Positions 50,401 through 64,000 of a DNA stretch of 64,000 nt are shown in pieces. The stretch covers positions 3,100,001 through 3,164,000 of the forward strand of contig JAYWIR010000004.1 in assembly GCA_036172245.1 (NCBI GenBank), in the 5' to 3' direction. Source of the DNA: Raillietiella orientalis (lineage: Eukaryota). The notes under the pieces were generated by a model, which did no database searches, had not been told where the DNA came from, and was given only the letters and a program-made list of their open reading frames with translations. The position numbers were made by a program, and so were the translations under genes. How positions within the stretch are numbered: position 1 is the first letter of the stretch; each line of letters opens with the position of its first letter.

Positions 50401-53400
50401 ATGCTTTTTTTTTTTTTTTTTTAATGCTTGACTGAGGACTCATAGGAAGCCGTGTCATGTGAGCCACGTACTTTCCGTAGGCGTTTCCTTCCCGACTTTC
50501 CAGCCATGCAAATTTTACAGCAAACCTACACCCGACTTTTTTCCTAACTGGATTTTCACTTGGAAATTTTCCCGGTTAATTTGCATGGCCGCAAACTGTT
50601 CGCCCATCCAGTTCCAAAGTATCAAGAGGTTTCCGGTCTTTCGTTTCGTTCGTCTCTTTGCTAACTTGGAGGCTGCGCGGTGCCAAAAGTACGCACGCAA
50701 TGGGGATCTTAAAAGACGCATCCCAAACCATGAAGTGGTACCTGTAATTATTGTACAGTACATCCTATGATCGAGTGAATTGTGTTACGGAAAAAGTAGT
50801 TTCAAGCAGCCTGACCGGAGAAAGTTTCCAAGTCTACACAATTGAAACATTTTATTGACACATTTTTGGAGATGGGATGCGAGGTTATCTACGAATCCAT
50901 GGGGGGAAAAAAGACTACACTAGACTACTCACCCAATACTTTTCGGGTTTGCCATTCAGGAGCTCTTCTCCCCATCCTAGGATTCTGACGGAATGAAAAT
51001 GTGCATCTTTGTCTCCATCGTCCATCACGTATTTGGTGTATATTCCTCCTCGATACGAAAATAGATCTCGATGGACCCTCATGATGGCTGCAAAGAACAT
51101 GAATTTTTTGGATTGCCATGGTTCATTTTTGTTTTTTGTTTTTTTTGCAAATGACTGCATGTGCATTGTCTGTTTTTGATTGATCCAAGAAGATGATTTC
51201 GAAAAAAGAAAAACAAAACAAAATGCAAAGCAACATTCCACGAATCTTTGAGTCATGGAAGCTTTGGCACCGGACTGGGCAATCTAAATTGGAATACGAT
51301 TGCAATAGAATGGAGATGAAACTTCGAAAGTTCTCGATAAGTACTGCAGTTGGTTTGAATTGCTTGCCACCACCATCCGAGGCAAAGTCGCCATCCTCCC
51401 CAAAGTTGCGATTTTGACGGAATCTTAATGATCAACGAACATTGAGACGAAATGCTTATCTAAAAATCATCAGTGGTGATCATAAACCAAACGTAATGTT
51501 CATTCATAGCAACGAGAAACGTTGAAAAATCGTTGCCCTGCAGCTTCAAGGGTAAACTGTGAGAGTTGAAGGCTCTCAAATAGAGAACTTGAGACACAGT
51601 GGAACAGCGTTTCCCAAACTTTTGCTATGACGGAACACTTCACAAATCCTGAAATTTCAACGGGATACCTTGGTCATTTAATAGGGCAGGTAGGTATTAA
51701 GAATGAACAAATTAAGCAAGTAAACATAAGAGTTCAGAGAACAAACCGGACACTGATTCTCAGATTTTAATTATGCAAAACGAAACACATGAAAATAGTA
51801 AGGTGAACTTGAGGGCATTGAAAACATATTGACTTTCATAATCTGTCACGGAACACTTATTGACCTTCCGCGGAACACAGTTTGGGAAACACTGCTTTGA
51901 AGGGATACTCGGAAATAAACAGCATTTCCCTCCGATCCCCGTTGCCTTTCCCCTGAAGATTGGGGTTTCTTTTGGAAACAGTCAAGCGGAAATCCGGAAA
52001 AGCCTTCCCATCGCTTGGAAAACTTTAATTTTGGCATGTTGCATCCGCCTGGACCGTCATCCCAGTGAACAGCTTCAATTCTCTTCTTCTGCAGAGTGCG
52101 TGTGAAGGAGCTGAAGCGACTTCGACAGGAAAGCGAGTCGTTTTCAAACTCGAAAACGGGCATTTCGTCAGAATCGTGGCTTCCTTAAGGAATTTCAGCT
52201 TGAAGCAGAACAGCCTGTGGCTTCTCCACTACCATGGGACTCGTGGTTTCCATGCCAAACGCCACGTAAAGAGACACTTGCGAAGAAGCCCTTCCACCTT
52301 GGGATACCGAGACTGTTCACAAACCCAAGTAGTGAAAAAAATTGGCAAACGCTGGATCATTTGTTTACCTTAGCACCTAGGGATGTCTGGTTTTCAGTTA
52401 TTCTTTTCATTTGGTTTTGTTTCGTGATTCTCCTCCTTGTATTATGAATGCTCACTTGTACTTTGTGATTTTGCCTCTTAGCAGATTGGAGGCCATTCGT
52501 TGCTGCTACTAAACTTTCCAAAATTGCATTTTCATTTGCTCGAGTGTGCACTTTTTCGAGTGTGCACACAAGGCGGTGAATTTGTAAACATCAATTCGAT
52601 TCCAAAAATCGGAACTTTTTGGCAAATAAAAGTCAGGAATTGAGGTCAAGCGTTCTATTCGTTTTTATTTCATTCTACGAAATTCCCTGAATCAACGGAT
52701 CCCGTACCAACTTCATCATGAGTGGAAGAATCTAAATCATGCCTTAAGAGTAATTCTTAAAGAGTTTGTGAGCGGAACCGAACGGTTCCCGAGGAATTTT
52801 TCACAGCAATCAAGTACGTTTTCAAAAATTACCTTGAACCGGTCCAGACTGCATAATCTCGTACTGAATATCATTTTCTTTTTCAGCGATCTTATATGGC
52901 GGCTGGGAAGTATACATTGTCCTTCGATGTTCTTTGACAAATCTGTTTCTGCTACAGTTCGTATCAACCATAGAAGTAAAGCGAGGAAAGCGGCAGCCCT
53001 CAGTTTGCCCAGTCAGTCCGCTAGTATACGAATAGCAATCTTCGTCCACGATGCTATCATCACTGAAACAGTTAGCCCACGCATTCCAAAAAAAAACAAA
53101 AAGTGCGTACCCGAATTTCGTGATGAAACTCCAGGCACGATCGATGTGCCCACCTTGGCAGCCCTTTTGGCCCTGCGTATTGCATGAAAGCAAATGCTGG
53201 GCGGCAAGCTGCACATTCTCTTCTCCCATGGATTGAATCGCCAGGCGATCCGAAGCCACAGCAGTGGTCGACATGGCCCACGAAGAAGCACACCAGCCTT
53301 GATCGTAGACTGGGTGGATGTAGCGCTTCCACTTCTCACGTGAATCAAAGTAGGGAGGGATATCCTGGACTCTATACTTTAGTTGCAACGGAAGCATTCT

Positions 53401-56400
53401 TTTAACCTGGAACGAATCTTTCGTTGCAAAGCAGGGAGAGTAATGGCGAAAGATCTACCGATAATTCCGGCTGAAATGTTCCTGTCTTGTACATGAACCC
53501 GTCTTTCAGTTTTCGACTCCAGAACTGGGAATAGTTGGTAGCTATCCAAGTGGCTTTAGCAGCGTTAACCGCAGAGATCAGTTCTGCATCAATCAGGCAT
53601 AGGTCTTCTTCGCAGATCATCCTCACGCCGGATTCTTGCTCGGTGCATGTGCTGAAGAGAGATGGGTCTTCATCGCACGGGCTCTTGCTTATAGTTCCTC
53701 TATTAACCTCAGATATTCCCAGGGTCCCCGAAAGACTTGACAGCGAGATCATGCGATAATCCCTGGGTAGCCCCGTGAACGGACCGCGCCGCGACCCTCT
53801 TTTCAAACCGAAGCTCTTGCCGCGAATTAGGAAGAAACCCACATCTGCCTTGGTCCTGATTTCACATCGATTACCGGAATTCCATGAGGACGCGTTTCAA
53901 ACAGAACACACGGGCAGAGGCACTCGGGCATTGGGATGTGTGTATGTTTTACCGGATCGCCGAGGTGCGGTTACACATCCTTGTACCTTCCTTCGGAAGA
54001 GGAAGAAGCGTTTGCTACTACGCGACGTGCACGGCTCTCGGCGTTCAGCGGAACCCTGTGGAACGTTCCTTTTGCTTGTTTCTGTTTTCCCCTGGAGGTG
54101 GAACGGTGCTTCAGATGAATCCGATAGAGACGTGCCCGTGTCGTCTCGACCTCGTACCTTCATTTTTTCATTTCGAAGGAAGCACGCAAAGAAGGAATTT
54201 TCGCCGTACATCCGTTCCGATTTGGTTTGAAACAAGCAGATGACTCGAAAGATCAGAATGGAAGAAGTTATACGTTGGCCAGAGATCTCAAAATTGGTTC
54301 CCCCTTTCACCGATGACAGCAGTTTTGAAAACTGAACAACAACCAGCTCGGAAAACGTCGGGAGGAGTAAAAAAATTATTTTAATATTCTAAAAAAAAAC
54401 ATGCGATGTTTTAATGGAAAGTTATGAAGAAGCGACGTAATCTGATGCAATGCGAGTTCATCTGTTGACACACCTAGCGCGAAGTCATTTCCATTCACGA
54501 ATAGGTCTTCTTCTCCCATTCCTGCTAGATCGCTTTACGTGCAGATTTAAGGCTTCTTTGTCCATTTTCGATCAGAGAACAGTAATGACTGATGTACGTA
54601 ATTTCCGTGTGGAACACGTTTAACTGGCTGTTGATATTGGGAAACCGTGGCACGAAACAAATGGGAATAAATATATGGTTGGATTCGTGAGTCACTCTTC
54701 CCATTTGATCAGGCGGGCTGTCGTGTCTTCGAAACTGTCATGCAAAAGTAGGCAATGAAAATTAAAACAGCATTTCTTATTTGAAATACGGGGTCCGGAA
54801 GGCATTTTCAATGCCACATTCCGATGCTCTTCTTTGCTTAACCTGAATTTATCGGAAAAGTCTAACAAAGTTCCGTATCGCCAGCTGCCCATCTGTTTCA
54901 CCCCGCGCAGTCTTCAATTTATAAAATCTCAGGCAGATTCTGATCATCACTTCGTGTGCACGGGCGGAACCCTAAAGTCGAGACTTTTCTCTCCTTGACT
55001 TGAAAAGTCGTTTGGGCGTCCGTTCATCGGTTCACGACCCGGGAACAGCTATTATGAATGCAACAGATCCAGACGCGTCCAAGAGCAACAGATACTTCGG
55101 TTGCGGCTGGGAGTTACTTAAGACCGATGACATAAGATGAGGGAATGGAGCGTTGACTTCGGTTCGAAAGTAGCCATTGAAAACATCCAAGGCTGGAACA
55201 TAGCTTTGGGAAAGCATGATCAGGTGGTGTAGGATGGATTGGTAGCTGTGGACACCTCTACAGAGTTTGTATCCTCTTCCCTTCGGCAGGCGCGTAGTTG
55301 CATTTACAAAGCGAATTTTTCGACGTATGGAGACGGTGAAAAGGCACGTGGAATTTTTACCGCATTTTACTTGGTGGCTAATCTTCAGCGGAAATCATCG
55401 GACTCAATCCTGGGATGATCCCCTGAGACGTGTTCGTGGTGCTCCGCCTTTGAGCTTTGTTAAGTACATCTGTGCACCCCATTTCTCGATAAAAAATTCG
55501 GCCTCTATGCAGCTTGTCTGCCTCACGAAGCTGCGTGTGCTCCTTCGGACGTGCTCTCTGGTGAAGAGAATGATAAGGGAATGCCAGCTTTCTCCATGAC
55601 CTGTTTGTGAAGGCGCTCTCACCTTGAATGCCCATTCTTGAGCAGGGTCACAAGGTCTTGAACTTTGGGATCTTCCCTATCTCTATTTCAAACGCGATGA
55701 GTTCAATACTTTTAGAGTTACGAATATGCAAGAGAAGCCGAAGAAACTGCAAGCAGGCAACACTGACAAGCCTCCAAAGAGAAGAGCCCTTTTTACATTC
55801 TTTTTTTTTTTTTCTTCTTCTTTCGATTCGATTTCCGAAGGTCCTCATTTCTTTACACTTGTGAGGTTCTGGGTGTCAAAAAGCTCATTGACTTCCCTTT
55901 GATCTTCTGTTAAGTAAACATGGGACGAACAGAAATTTCGCTCTCTCTGAACGTTCCGATGTTGAATTCAAAGTCGCTCTCGAGGATCTTTCGTCCCAAA
56001 TCTTGCCCATTGCATCCTCTCTGCGAGCAGGAGTACCAAACACAACGAAACGAGCTGATTCCGGTCTGTGGATCGAATGAGGAAAAAGCAGACGTTCCAG
56101 TGATCCCGGTCGTAGTGTTTTGGCAGAACACTGCATTTTTTTTTTTTTTTGGAAACGTGTTCGTTAGGTGAATTGTTTGAATGTAAAATGTGAATGTCGG
56201 AATCATCAAAGGTATCGTATCGAACGCAGAATCCCACTTTACTGCTGCCCATTTTTTTTCATAGCCCATAGTGCTAATTAACTATAAGAAGCACAGGACT
56301 GTCATAAACACATATATTATACATATTGTATTCGATCATTGATCCGATGGACAAGTTCCGGCTTCAAATGAGTACAGAAAATGATGCGAACTCTATGAAC

Positions 56401-58135
56401 ATTTCAAAATCATAAAAATGTACATAGAGAAGTTCGTGGAGGATTCAGATGCTTAGCTCCTTCGGATCTTGAATTTGGGTTTCACTAAAGAGCCGTGTTA
56501 AGCCAAGGACGCATCGCATTACAAGAAACGGAAATCTCTGCTTCAATACGAATTTCGGGGAAATTCAGCTGCAGTGTTTCAATGTGTCGTCGACACAGAT
56601 GGCTGCAGTTTATTCCTCAATGTGTGTGAAATGGATCATCACGGAGACTCTGTGCTTCCCCTGAATCCTCACAGATCTGTTAGAAACAGATGGTTTGCTT
56701 CATAATAACATTCCATGTTATCAACTTGGTGTTATCAGTAATCAACGCTATTCATATTGGTTCATTTCACACCTGATGGACGTTTCTTGCGAAGAGGGAA
56801 AGGATCCGAACGGAGAGTTTCGCGTAAACTTAATACACCGAAATAGTCGTGGGGTACAGTAAACACATGCCTGCTTAAAAGTTGACAAGATGAAGTTTTT
56901 TTCTTTGACAAAAACACACACACACACAAAAGCGATTGCGGATGGAAAATGATTTGCGGTTCCGTTCTGCAGAAAGTGGTATCTTAGTTTTGCGGAAATG
57001 CATTCGAAATATTCTGCTGAATGGAGGTAATTTCCTACCATTTGTTGCAGTTGTTGCTGTACGTTTCTCCTCGTCCGAAGTACTTGCCTTTGTGATAACA
57101 GCCTGAAAATGAAAAGGGATCAACAAAATCCTCTAAGGGCGGTGGCATCCGCATCAACAAGTCACAAGCGGAAAAAATAAAAAAAAAAAAATTTTCAACC
57201 CCATGTTTTCGAAAGTGTAATCTTCCACCCGCAGTTTCCGCTCGCTAAAATGATCGCAGTGCACAAAGGACACTTTGCATGCCGCGATGACCAGACTGAG
57301 AGAATGAAGAATGTGTAACTTTGATAGAGAAAAAAAAAAAAAAAAAACAACGCACTTCTCCTTGAGCACAGGATCACAAAAACGTGTCCCTTCCTGCTCA
57401 GTCAAATTACGTTTGCATCCATGTAAGCAAATGATTCACGTTTCATGGAAAGGCGACGTTTGGCAAAAGGGATGAAAGTCCCTCTGGCATGAAACAGCGG
57501 AGTGGGATTTGGTACGGCACTTCAACAGAATGGAGCTGCATATTGAAAACAAAATTAAGCTTTCGCTTTCGATCGGTCGGCAAAGCTTCCTCTTGTTTAC
57601 TTGAGCACTCTGTGTACGTGTGATCGTCCTTATCTATTCATTGGTTTCAACGGATAGCTCCCGCCGTTCCCAGCAGTGCGATACGAAAAATTTCTCATCC
57701 GGGAGAAAAATCGCGGAAAGCATCTGCAAGTATTTCAACGACCTGATAAGACTTCTTGATGCTCGTGGGAAGAGAATCGACCCCTAATAACCTCTCGTTC
57801 TGTCGAGGTGGACAAGTAGTCGGAGTGCATTAAAGCATTTTACCTATTACCGGTTTAGGAGCTGGTTTGGGCGGGACGACCCCCTCGCACGCTTCAAAGT
57901 AATCGGGACAGCAGTCACTGGTACTGGTTCTGTTGCAAAATTCGTCACAGTAGCACAAAGTTCCAAGCAAGGGAAACGCACAGTTGTCTAATCTCCCTTT
58001 GCAGCAGGTTGCTTTCCCGAAATAATCGACGCAATAGTTGCCTTCCAATCTGTAAAAATCTGTAGGGATCAACAGCGTTCCTCCAAGCGACACGAGAAAA
58101 ATAATTACAAGCATGGAGGTGGCAGACGAGGACAT
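41493..58135 (-). CDS. TINAGL1: Tubulointerstitial nephritis antigen-like / Swim-like secreted inactive C1A peptidase. Exons 58135-57844, 57102-57039, 53651-53459, 53406-53111, 53062(or 53053)-52833, 51087-50933, 41624-41493
   Basis: Signal peptide; somatomedin-B-like CCKGR.D.C...[11 protein letters not shown]...[33 protein letters not shown] (catalytic Cys replaced by Ser, typical of the family); [43 protein letters not shown]. Splice phases are consistent. Confidence 0.93.
43150..43644 (-). mobile_element. Degenerate Penelope-like reverse transcriptase fragment (intronic)
   Basis: LVLFDVEA...FAIDSL resembles LVSFDV.SLF....AI. In another frame at ~43350, AAMGISIA resembles G.AMG...AP. Confidence 0.45.
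44500..45450 (-). mobile_element. Degenerate Ty3/gypsy-like gag fragment in a GC-rich intronic insert
   Basis: [12 protein letters not shown]...[10 protein letters not shown]....[16 protein letters not shown] resembles the retrotransposon gag motif ESV..F...L.......F..GL...I. LTRs were not identified. Confidence 0.45.
51605..51894. mobile_element. hAT-type MITE, 290 bp
   Basis: TIRs CAGCGTTTCCCAAACT and AGTTTGGGAAACACTG match at 15/16; subterminal cggaacac repeats. The 8-bp TSD is not conserved. Confidence 0.8.
54872..55189 (+). repeat. 318-bp direct duplication, copy 1 (TINAGL1 intron 2)
   Basis: Appears identical by eye to 59524-59841 (tccgtatcgccagctg...gaaaacatcca). Confidence 0.92.
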
Positions 58136-58344
58136 GATCGTTTCTTTGGTTCACTCGTTTTTTTTTTTTTTTTTTTTTTACGATTCACCAAACAGAAGCT
58201 AAGGCATTCTCGCAAGGAAGTCTTTTAGGGGTCTGTAATCTCACTCCAGGATGCCAGCAAATACAGATGCACAGTTTGAAAAGTTAGGTACAACCTCTAA
58301 ACTCACCGTGGCCAGAAATGCTACCTGAGTGGATGCGTCGATAC

Positions 58345-58372
58345 TTTATATAGTTCCAAATTATTGACGTCA
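58345..58372 (-). promoter_or_regulatory. Putative TINAGL1 core promoter: CRE palindrome and TATA box
   Basis: TGACGTCA at 58365-58372 and TATATAAA at 58352-58345 on the minus strand, ~210 nt upstream of the ATG. Confidence 0.55.
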
Positions 58373-59523
58373 GAGACAAGAAGGCCCATTAGTGTATGAG
58401 TACAATTTTACGTTCAGGGGAGTGAGTAAGTAGGTGTTCGGATTCACGAAAAATGAATACACATTTGTGGCTACCGAAAGGCTTTACTGAACAGTGGTAT
58501 TATTCCTCGGATCCTGGTATCAGTGTAGAGAAAGCCTATCTTATCAGCCGGGATAAACAGGAGGAGCGTGGTTTCATCACCAAGAAACTGGGAAACACCA
58601 TGGTTTTCTTTGAAAATTCGAACCAGGCAGAAGGCATTCCGTGCCAGCGCGACACCCACAAACGTACACAGCGTATCGATAAGTTGTAATGAAAACAACA
58701 ACAACAACGAAAAAGGCATTTTCGCGGCAAAGTTTACCTTTTCTGAGCGATTCCATGACTTTTACTGATTTTTGCGGCCTGTGCAGCGATGATTTCTCCA
58801 GAAACGCTTATTTCGAACTCTCGTCAGAGAGCAAACGCTGGGAAGCAAAATGAACAAAAGTGGGAATTCTAAACTTCTCCCCTCCATCGTAACCCGAATT
58901 TTCTTCCTTCCTTTTTTTTTGCGAAGAAGCAAAGTGTGACTCTTATTTGACTGGAACGCTAGTCTGACCCACTGCCTCTACGAAACCCACATTATTTGGA
59001 ATCTGGAGACCACTCTCAGAGGTTCGAAGATAGGTAATGGGCTGTTCATATTGTGGGCACCTGCTCTCATCCCTTTTGCAAACGCACATGGATTTTTATA
59101 AACGAAAAATTCGCTTTTTTATCAAATCAAAGGGCAATTCCCACTTAATCAAACGATTCGCTTAGACAAAGAGGAAACAAGGATCCATGGTTCCCTTTTT
59201 GTTTTAACGGGAACCGTGTAAGAAATGAAAAGTGAAGAAAATCCTCTCCTGGATATTGGGCATCAGGATTTCTAGAATGGTGGAGTTTTATAATGGTTTT
59301 TTGTTTCCGTGCCAACCCTTCCTTCCTGTCGAAGCAAAAGAAATCGTACGTGATGATTCTCTTCGCATGTGATTTTCTCCTTAGAGAATTTATCTCTCTG
59401 GTCGTGCAAATCCTGAGGGAGGAGGATTCAATCGAATCTCGAACTGGAATTATGATCCATGTGATCCAATCTGCTGGCGTTAGAATGCAAAAATTCACCC
59501 TCATGCATTCCCCGAGGAAAATC

Positions 59524-59841
59524 TCCGTATCGCCAGCTGCCCATCTGTTTCACCCCGCGCAGTCTTCAATTTATAAAATCTCAGGCAGATTCTGATCATC
59601 ACTTCGTGTGCACGGGCGGAACCCTAAAGTCGAGACTTTTCTCTCCTTGACTTGAAAAGTCGTTTGGGCGTCCGTTCATCGGTTCACGACCCGGGAACAG
59701 CTATTATGAATGCAACAGATCCAGACGCGTCCAAGAGCAACAGATACTTCGGTTGCGGCTGGGAGTTACTTAAGACCGATGACATAAGATGAGGGAATGG
59801 AGCGTTGACTTCGGTTCGAAAGTAGCCATTGAAAACATCCA
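59524..59841 (+). repeat. 318-bp direct duplication, copy 2 (upstream of TINAGL1)
   Basis: Appears identical by eye to 54872-55189. Confidence 0.92.
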
Positions 59842-61399
59842 TGGCTTAATATAATCGAAAGCATGCTGGGCATTACTTTGAAACCGAAATGATACAAAAC
59901 ACGCACACTGAATAATAGGCAAGCTAAATTTTCCAGTGTACCTTACTGCATCATAGGTTTATTTGCAGACTTTTTTTTAAAACTGAACAAATCTTTCAAC
60001 TTATGATCAGTAAGCTTAATCACCTTTCACTAAGTTAAGTCTAAACGTTCGTGTAAAAACTCTTTGAACTCCTTCTATTGCGTGTTTAGATTGGTTCTTC
60101 ATGATCAAAACTTAGTGTCTGAATGTCCATCTAAATTCTGCTTTACTGAGTCCAGTGGGGGGGGGGAGGGGGGAACACCGTGTACGTGTGCACGTGTATG
60201 TGTGTGTGTGTTTTGAAATGGAATCAGAAAGCAAGTTGGTGCTTAAGTGACTTGTTATCGCTTTACATGTTGTCATCTCTACAAGCAATACAGAGAATTC
60301 CGCAAATACCGTCAATCAGAACAGATGAACGGAAGAGAGATCCTCAACTCAGAAGTATCCATTCCGAGAAGCATACATTTTCTCGGTTAAAAATTATTAG
60401 ACACTTCTATTAACAAAAAATAGAGTCAACTTAAACCGGAAATCATCAAAGGAGACAAACAAAAAGCTTTCTGCTTCTCTTCTCAGCTGCAGAGCAGTCA
60501 GGTCTTAAATCATGAATCAACGATTCACACCATGGTCAACATTGTGTAATCTGATTATAAGGTCTGTACACGCAGGTCTGTAGACGTTCACATACCAATG
60601 CGCAAAAAAATGGAAATACAGATGTACCATCAATAGTCTTGTTTGTCACGGTGGCTGGTAATAACACAGGAGAAAAAATATCATTGCCATCCGATTAACT
60701 GTATTCCTAAACTATTTTTCGGTGAAGTTTCGACCGTAAAAGAAATTCTGCCAAACAGTTCACTGGAAGGTGTTCTGAGATGAAATGTAGGAAACTGTAA
60801 AGATACAAAATTCAAAATAAAATTTCAAAGAATGCATCAAAAGGAATTCCAGGAATTTTTCCTGGTTAATTATCATTTGTTTACTGGGAACTTAAGATAC
60901 CGAATGAATTTGGATCTTTTTTTTTAAATGTTTTATCTTGTATCGGATGTTTGCTATCACTTCAAGGCACATTCTTTCTGATATTGCAAATTCTTTCACT
61001 AGATAAACGGAGAGAGTTGAAAACACATGTTTTACGGCACAACAAATTGCTTGCCTACATACATATTTGAGACCTATATTAAACCACGTAGCAATGAGTA
61101 GATGCGATGAGCACGTGCATTCTTTACGCGGATGAAGCCGAAATGCCCAAAATTTATTTACCGAATCAACGGGCAAACCAGTTAAATGAAGGAGAAAGAG
61201 GGAAAAGAAGTCGTAAATGACGCGATTTGTATGAAAGATATTTCCGGTTCCGTTCCTCCGCTATCCGAAGAAATGTTAAACAGTTCAAGTTTTCATCCAC
61301 CTGATATTTACACGATTTAATGAAGGATAACGAATGTTTTCCGATGCCCGTGAAGGATGAATTCGATTAAGCTGCGTTACGTATGATCTTTGAATTGGA

Positions 61400-62050
61400 T
61401 AACTCGATGCCTCTTTGTAACATCTATTGTCCACTTGATCAGCAGCGAGAGAAGTAGGGAACCTTTTCTTCTTTCACAGGAAGAAAGGCGTGAGGTTTCT
61501 GTTTCTTTTCCGAACGAATTGAGAACCAAGCAAGACTGTCTTGAGCGAGAAGAGCCTGGGTGCGCCGTCGAAGACACGGCATTTCTTCGTCAGCTAACAG
61601 GGATTGAGAGCAGACACGAGATGCGTCACTTGTGGCAACTGTTAGCAGGGCCGGCGGTCGTAGTGGAACTGGGAGACGAATCTGGAAACTAACAGGATAA
61701 GTGCTCTGGCGCAGTGCCGAACCAGCTGATCTGAATGCCACTACCGTGCTTTTGCTGCAAGTGGTACATGGTAGTGTTTGTTGCAGAGAGATATCGGCCG
61801 TTTCTCTTCTCACATGTGCAAGTTTAGTATTAGCAGCTTTTGCAATCCTGGATCTCCCTTGTCTACAATAAATAAGGATTATTTGGGTGGTCCCTTCGAG
61901 GTTTCCCTCTGACTGGGTTGCACGTATCTTCATGTGGCATTACAGTGTTTGAAGAACCTTGTGAGCCCCCATATGAAGGAATCGTCGCGACACTCTGATG
62001 CCCCTAAGGGGGTGAACGGTTCTTGAGTACTTAGAGAACCAAAAAGAGAA
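61400..62050 (-). mobile_element. Possible degenerate LTR-retrotransposon (BEL/Pao-like) integrase N-terminal fragment
   Basis: FLHMGAHKVLQTL...IYCRQ...LP....AFRSAG loosely follows the H..H.G...L..L...C..C...LP...PF...G.D layout. Contains stops. Confidence 0.3.
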
Positions 62051-64000
62051 AGAAAACTGGAAAAAAAAAAAAAAAACTGGAAGGAAGGCAGCGCAAATAG
62101 AAGAATCCAAAAGGATTTCCTTCATCCTAGACCAATAGTAACGATTTCCTCGTGAGGTCGCTACTGGCCATTTAAAAAAAAATAAAAAATAAATAAAGTT
62201 TTTTTAAAAGCTGTGTGGAGCACGCCACCGTTGTTAGGTCTTCATCTGAGGGGGATGCGTTGGCAAGAAAGGTATAAAGTATTCATGAAATGAGAGAAAA
62301 GCAAGGAAACATCAACATTATATTATGCATGGATTTTCCTATATGGTGAGAACAATGACTCCGACGTCTTCCTTGCTACCACATTTTGACTAATAGAAGC
62401 ATACGAAACTAAAGAGTCGCTCGATCACTCAGCAACCTGAATACTTGAGTAAAGGGTGTGCTTCTTTTTTTTTTTTTTTTCCGACAACACTTGGTATGGT
62501 AGGCAGCAACTATGAAACTGCGCCATTAAAGCATGGAGGGCAAATTGCTTTTTCTAATTGCAAGGAAGCAATGAAAACGAGCAATAATAACATTAGTTAT
62601 TTAACAATAATAATTCTCATTGACACACTGCAACGCATGTGTGAAAAACGGAAAACCATGCCTTTGCCAAGTTACTCAGTGATCCGGGTCTGTCCGATGA
62701 CCGTGGAACGTCAATTGGGGTTTGGATGTGAAAAATGTACACTTTAAGTACCATTCAATAAATGCGCACAAGCACGACACGATTTGTATTTGCTAGTTAT
62801 TGTTATAAAGCGTCTTTGCAACAACTTAGTTCCAAGTGGACAGCAGAGATAACAGAGTTCGGATTTAGACCAAAACAAAAAAGTAATTTCACTTGATATT
62901 TTACACGGGGTAGATATATATCCGTGCATCCAAGAAACTGCATCCATCACTCCAGGACAGCGCCTAAAGTATGGAATTGCACTCATCTCTCCCATGTTTA
63001 TGTGCATCCCGTTTTTGTGTACCAATTTTGATAAAACTGCTGTCTTTATTTTTTATACCTTCTTTGTCAAAGAGTCACTGCCCTGACCCTAGGGACTCCA
63101 AGCATGTTGCCCACTTCGATGCAGCCCAATTTTCCGTTTTACTTAATTTAATGAAAATTGAATTTCTGGTTAGTTTAATCAGTTTTGGATTAAACTGGAG
63201 GAAGACAAACTGATCTCGTGTATTGAGAGAAGGAGTATTCCAAAATTACTGTACCAGCTATTGGATTCATCACTCACCTCAAGGCGAAAATAATGGAGAG
63301 AGTGAAGTAAAACGATGGTCAGGATGATTTCTTGACCCTTGTCTTAAAAGGCAAAACCAAATCAAGATCTGAACAGTGATGAAACAGTATTGTAAAATAA
63401 TTAGGTTTCGGGATCTGTGTTTATAATACTACTAAGTTTTTAATCCGTGATAATCAGTGATTAGTCCAAAGGTACTTTTTCTTCTAATTGTACTTCCCGG
63501 ACGCATTGCGAATACGAAACAAATATGCAAATGCAATTCATCCTTTTCTACGAAAGACGTGAGTACCAAAGCACTTTCAAGCAGCAGATTCAATTAGCAA
63601 TTACCAAGAAACAAAACAAATCCTCTTAGATTTCAAGGAAAATATAAATTACGCGGTAGAGGAAAACGGAATTTTTGAACTTCTTTACATCTTACGTCTT
63701 TTACAAAGTGCTAGCATATGGAGTGCTCTAGTCGACAGTAAATTACTTTTCAAATCAACTGATAGGAGTATAGGGAATGGAGAGTATGATTATATAGAGA
63801 GTACGTAAGTATGGAGAGTTGTCTGTATTCACACTCACAAGTCAAATTTGTTTGAAATATTTATGATAAGAATAAAATTTTGCTCTAGGCACAGGAATGG
63901 GGTACCTCGATTCCAGAATGTGCGTCGTCGTCATCGCTTGGAATTACTGCATTTCGAAAACGAGACTGGACCTTACCGATTTCCCACCTTTAGGGAATGG

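Noticed and set aside
53280..53300. Catalytic Cys-to-Ser change in the cathepsin-B-like domain
   Set aside because: This is the normal state for the TINAG/TINAGL1 family.
1..64000. CRISPR arrays, rRNA, tRNA, prokaryotic operons
   Set aside because: None seen by eye, and the sequence is intron-containing eukaryotic DNA. A covariance-model scan would be needed to exclude small RNA genes.

Overview
Eukaryotic (invertebrate animal) genomic DNA; the host cannot be named from this window. 1-21 kb is a GC-rich stack of decayed retrotransposons: L1/Tx1-type pieces, RLE-type Utopia/NeSL pieces (one followed by a U2 snRNA target fragment), and a fibrinogen-domain relic. At 24.0-25.2 kb is an uninterrupted 386-aa ORF resembling a partiti-like dsRNA virus capsid (endogenous viral element). 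28-33 kb is an AT-rich, very compact three-gene cluster with 35-54 nt U2-type introns: HAUS4-like (+), exostosin-2-like (-) and cyclin K (-, with a U12-type intron). HAUS4 and EXT2 end on one shared 12-bp palindrome. The first visible EXT2 coding exon begins 87 nt after the cyclin K stop and has no ATG, so the start must be supplied by unusual cis- or trans-splicing or be non-AUG. 41.5-58.1 kb holds a 7-exon TINAGL1/Swim-like gene (-) with long TE-containing introns. All family assignments come from recalled motifs read by eye; no database searches were run.
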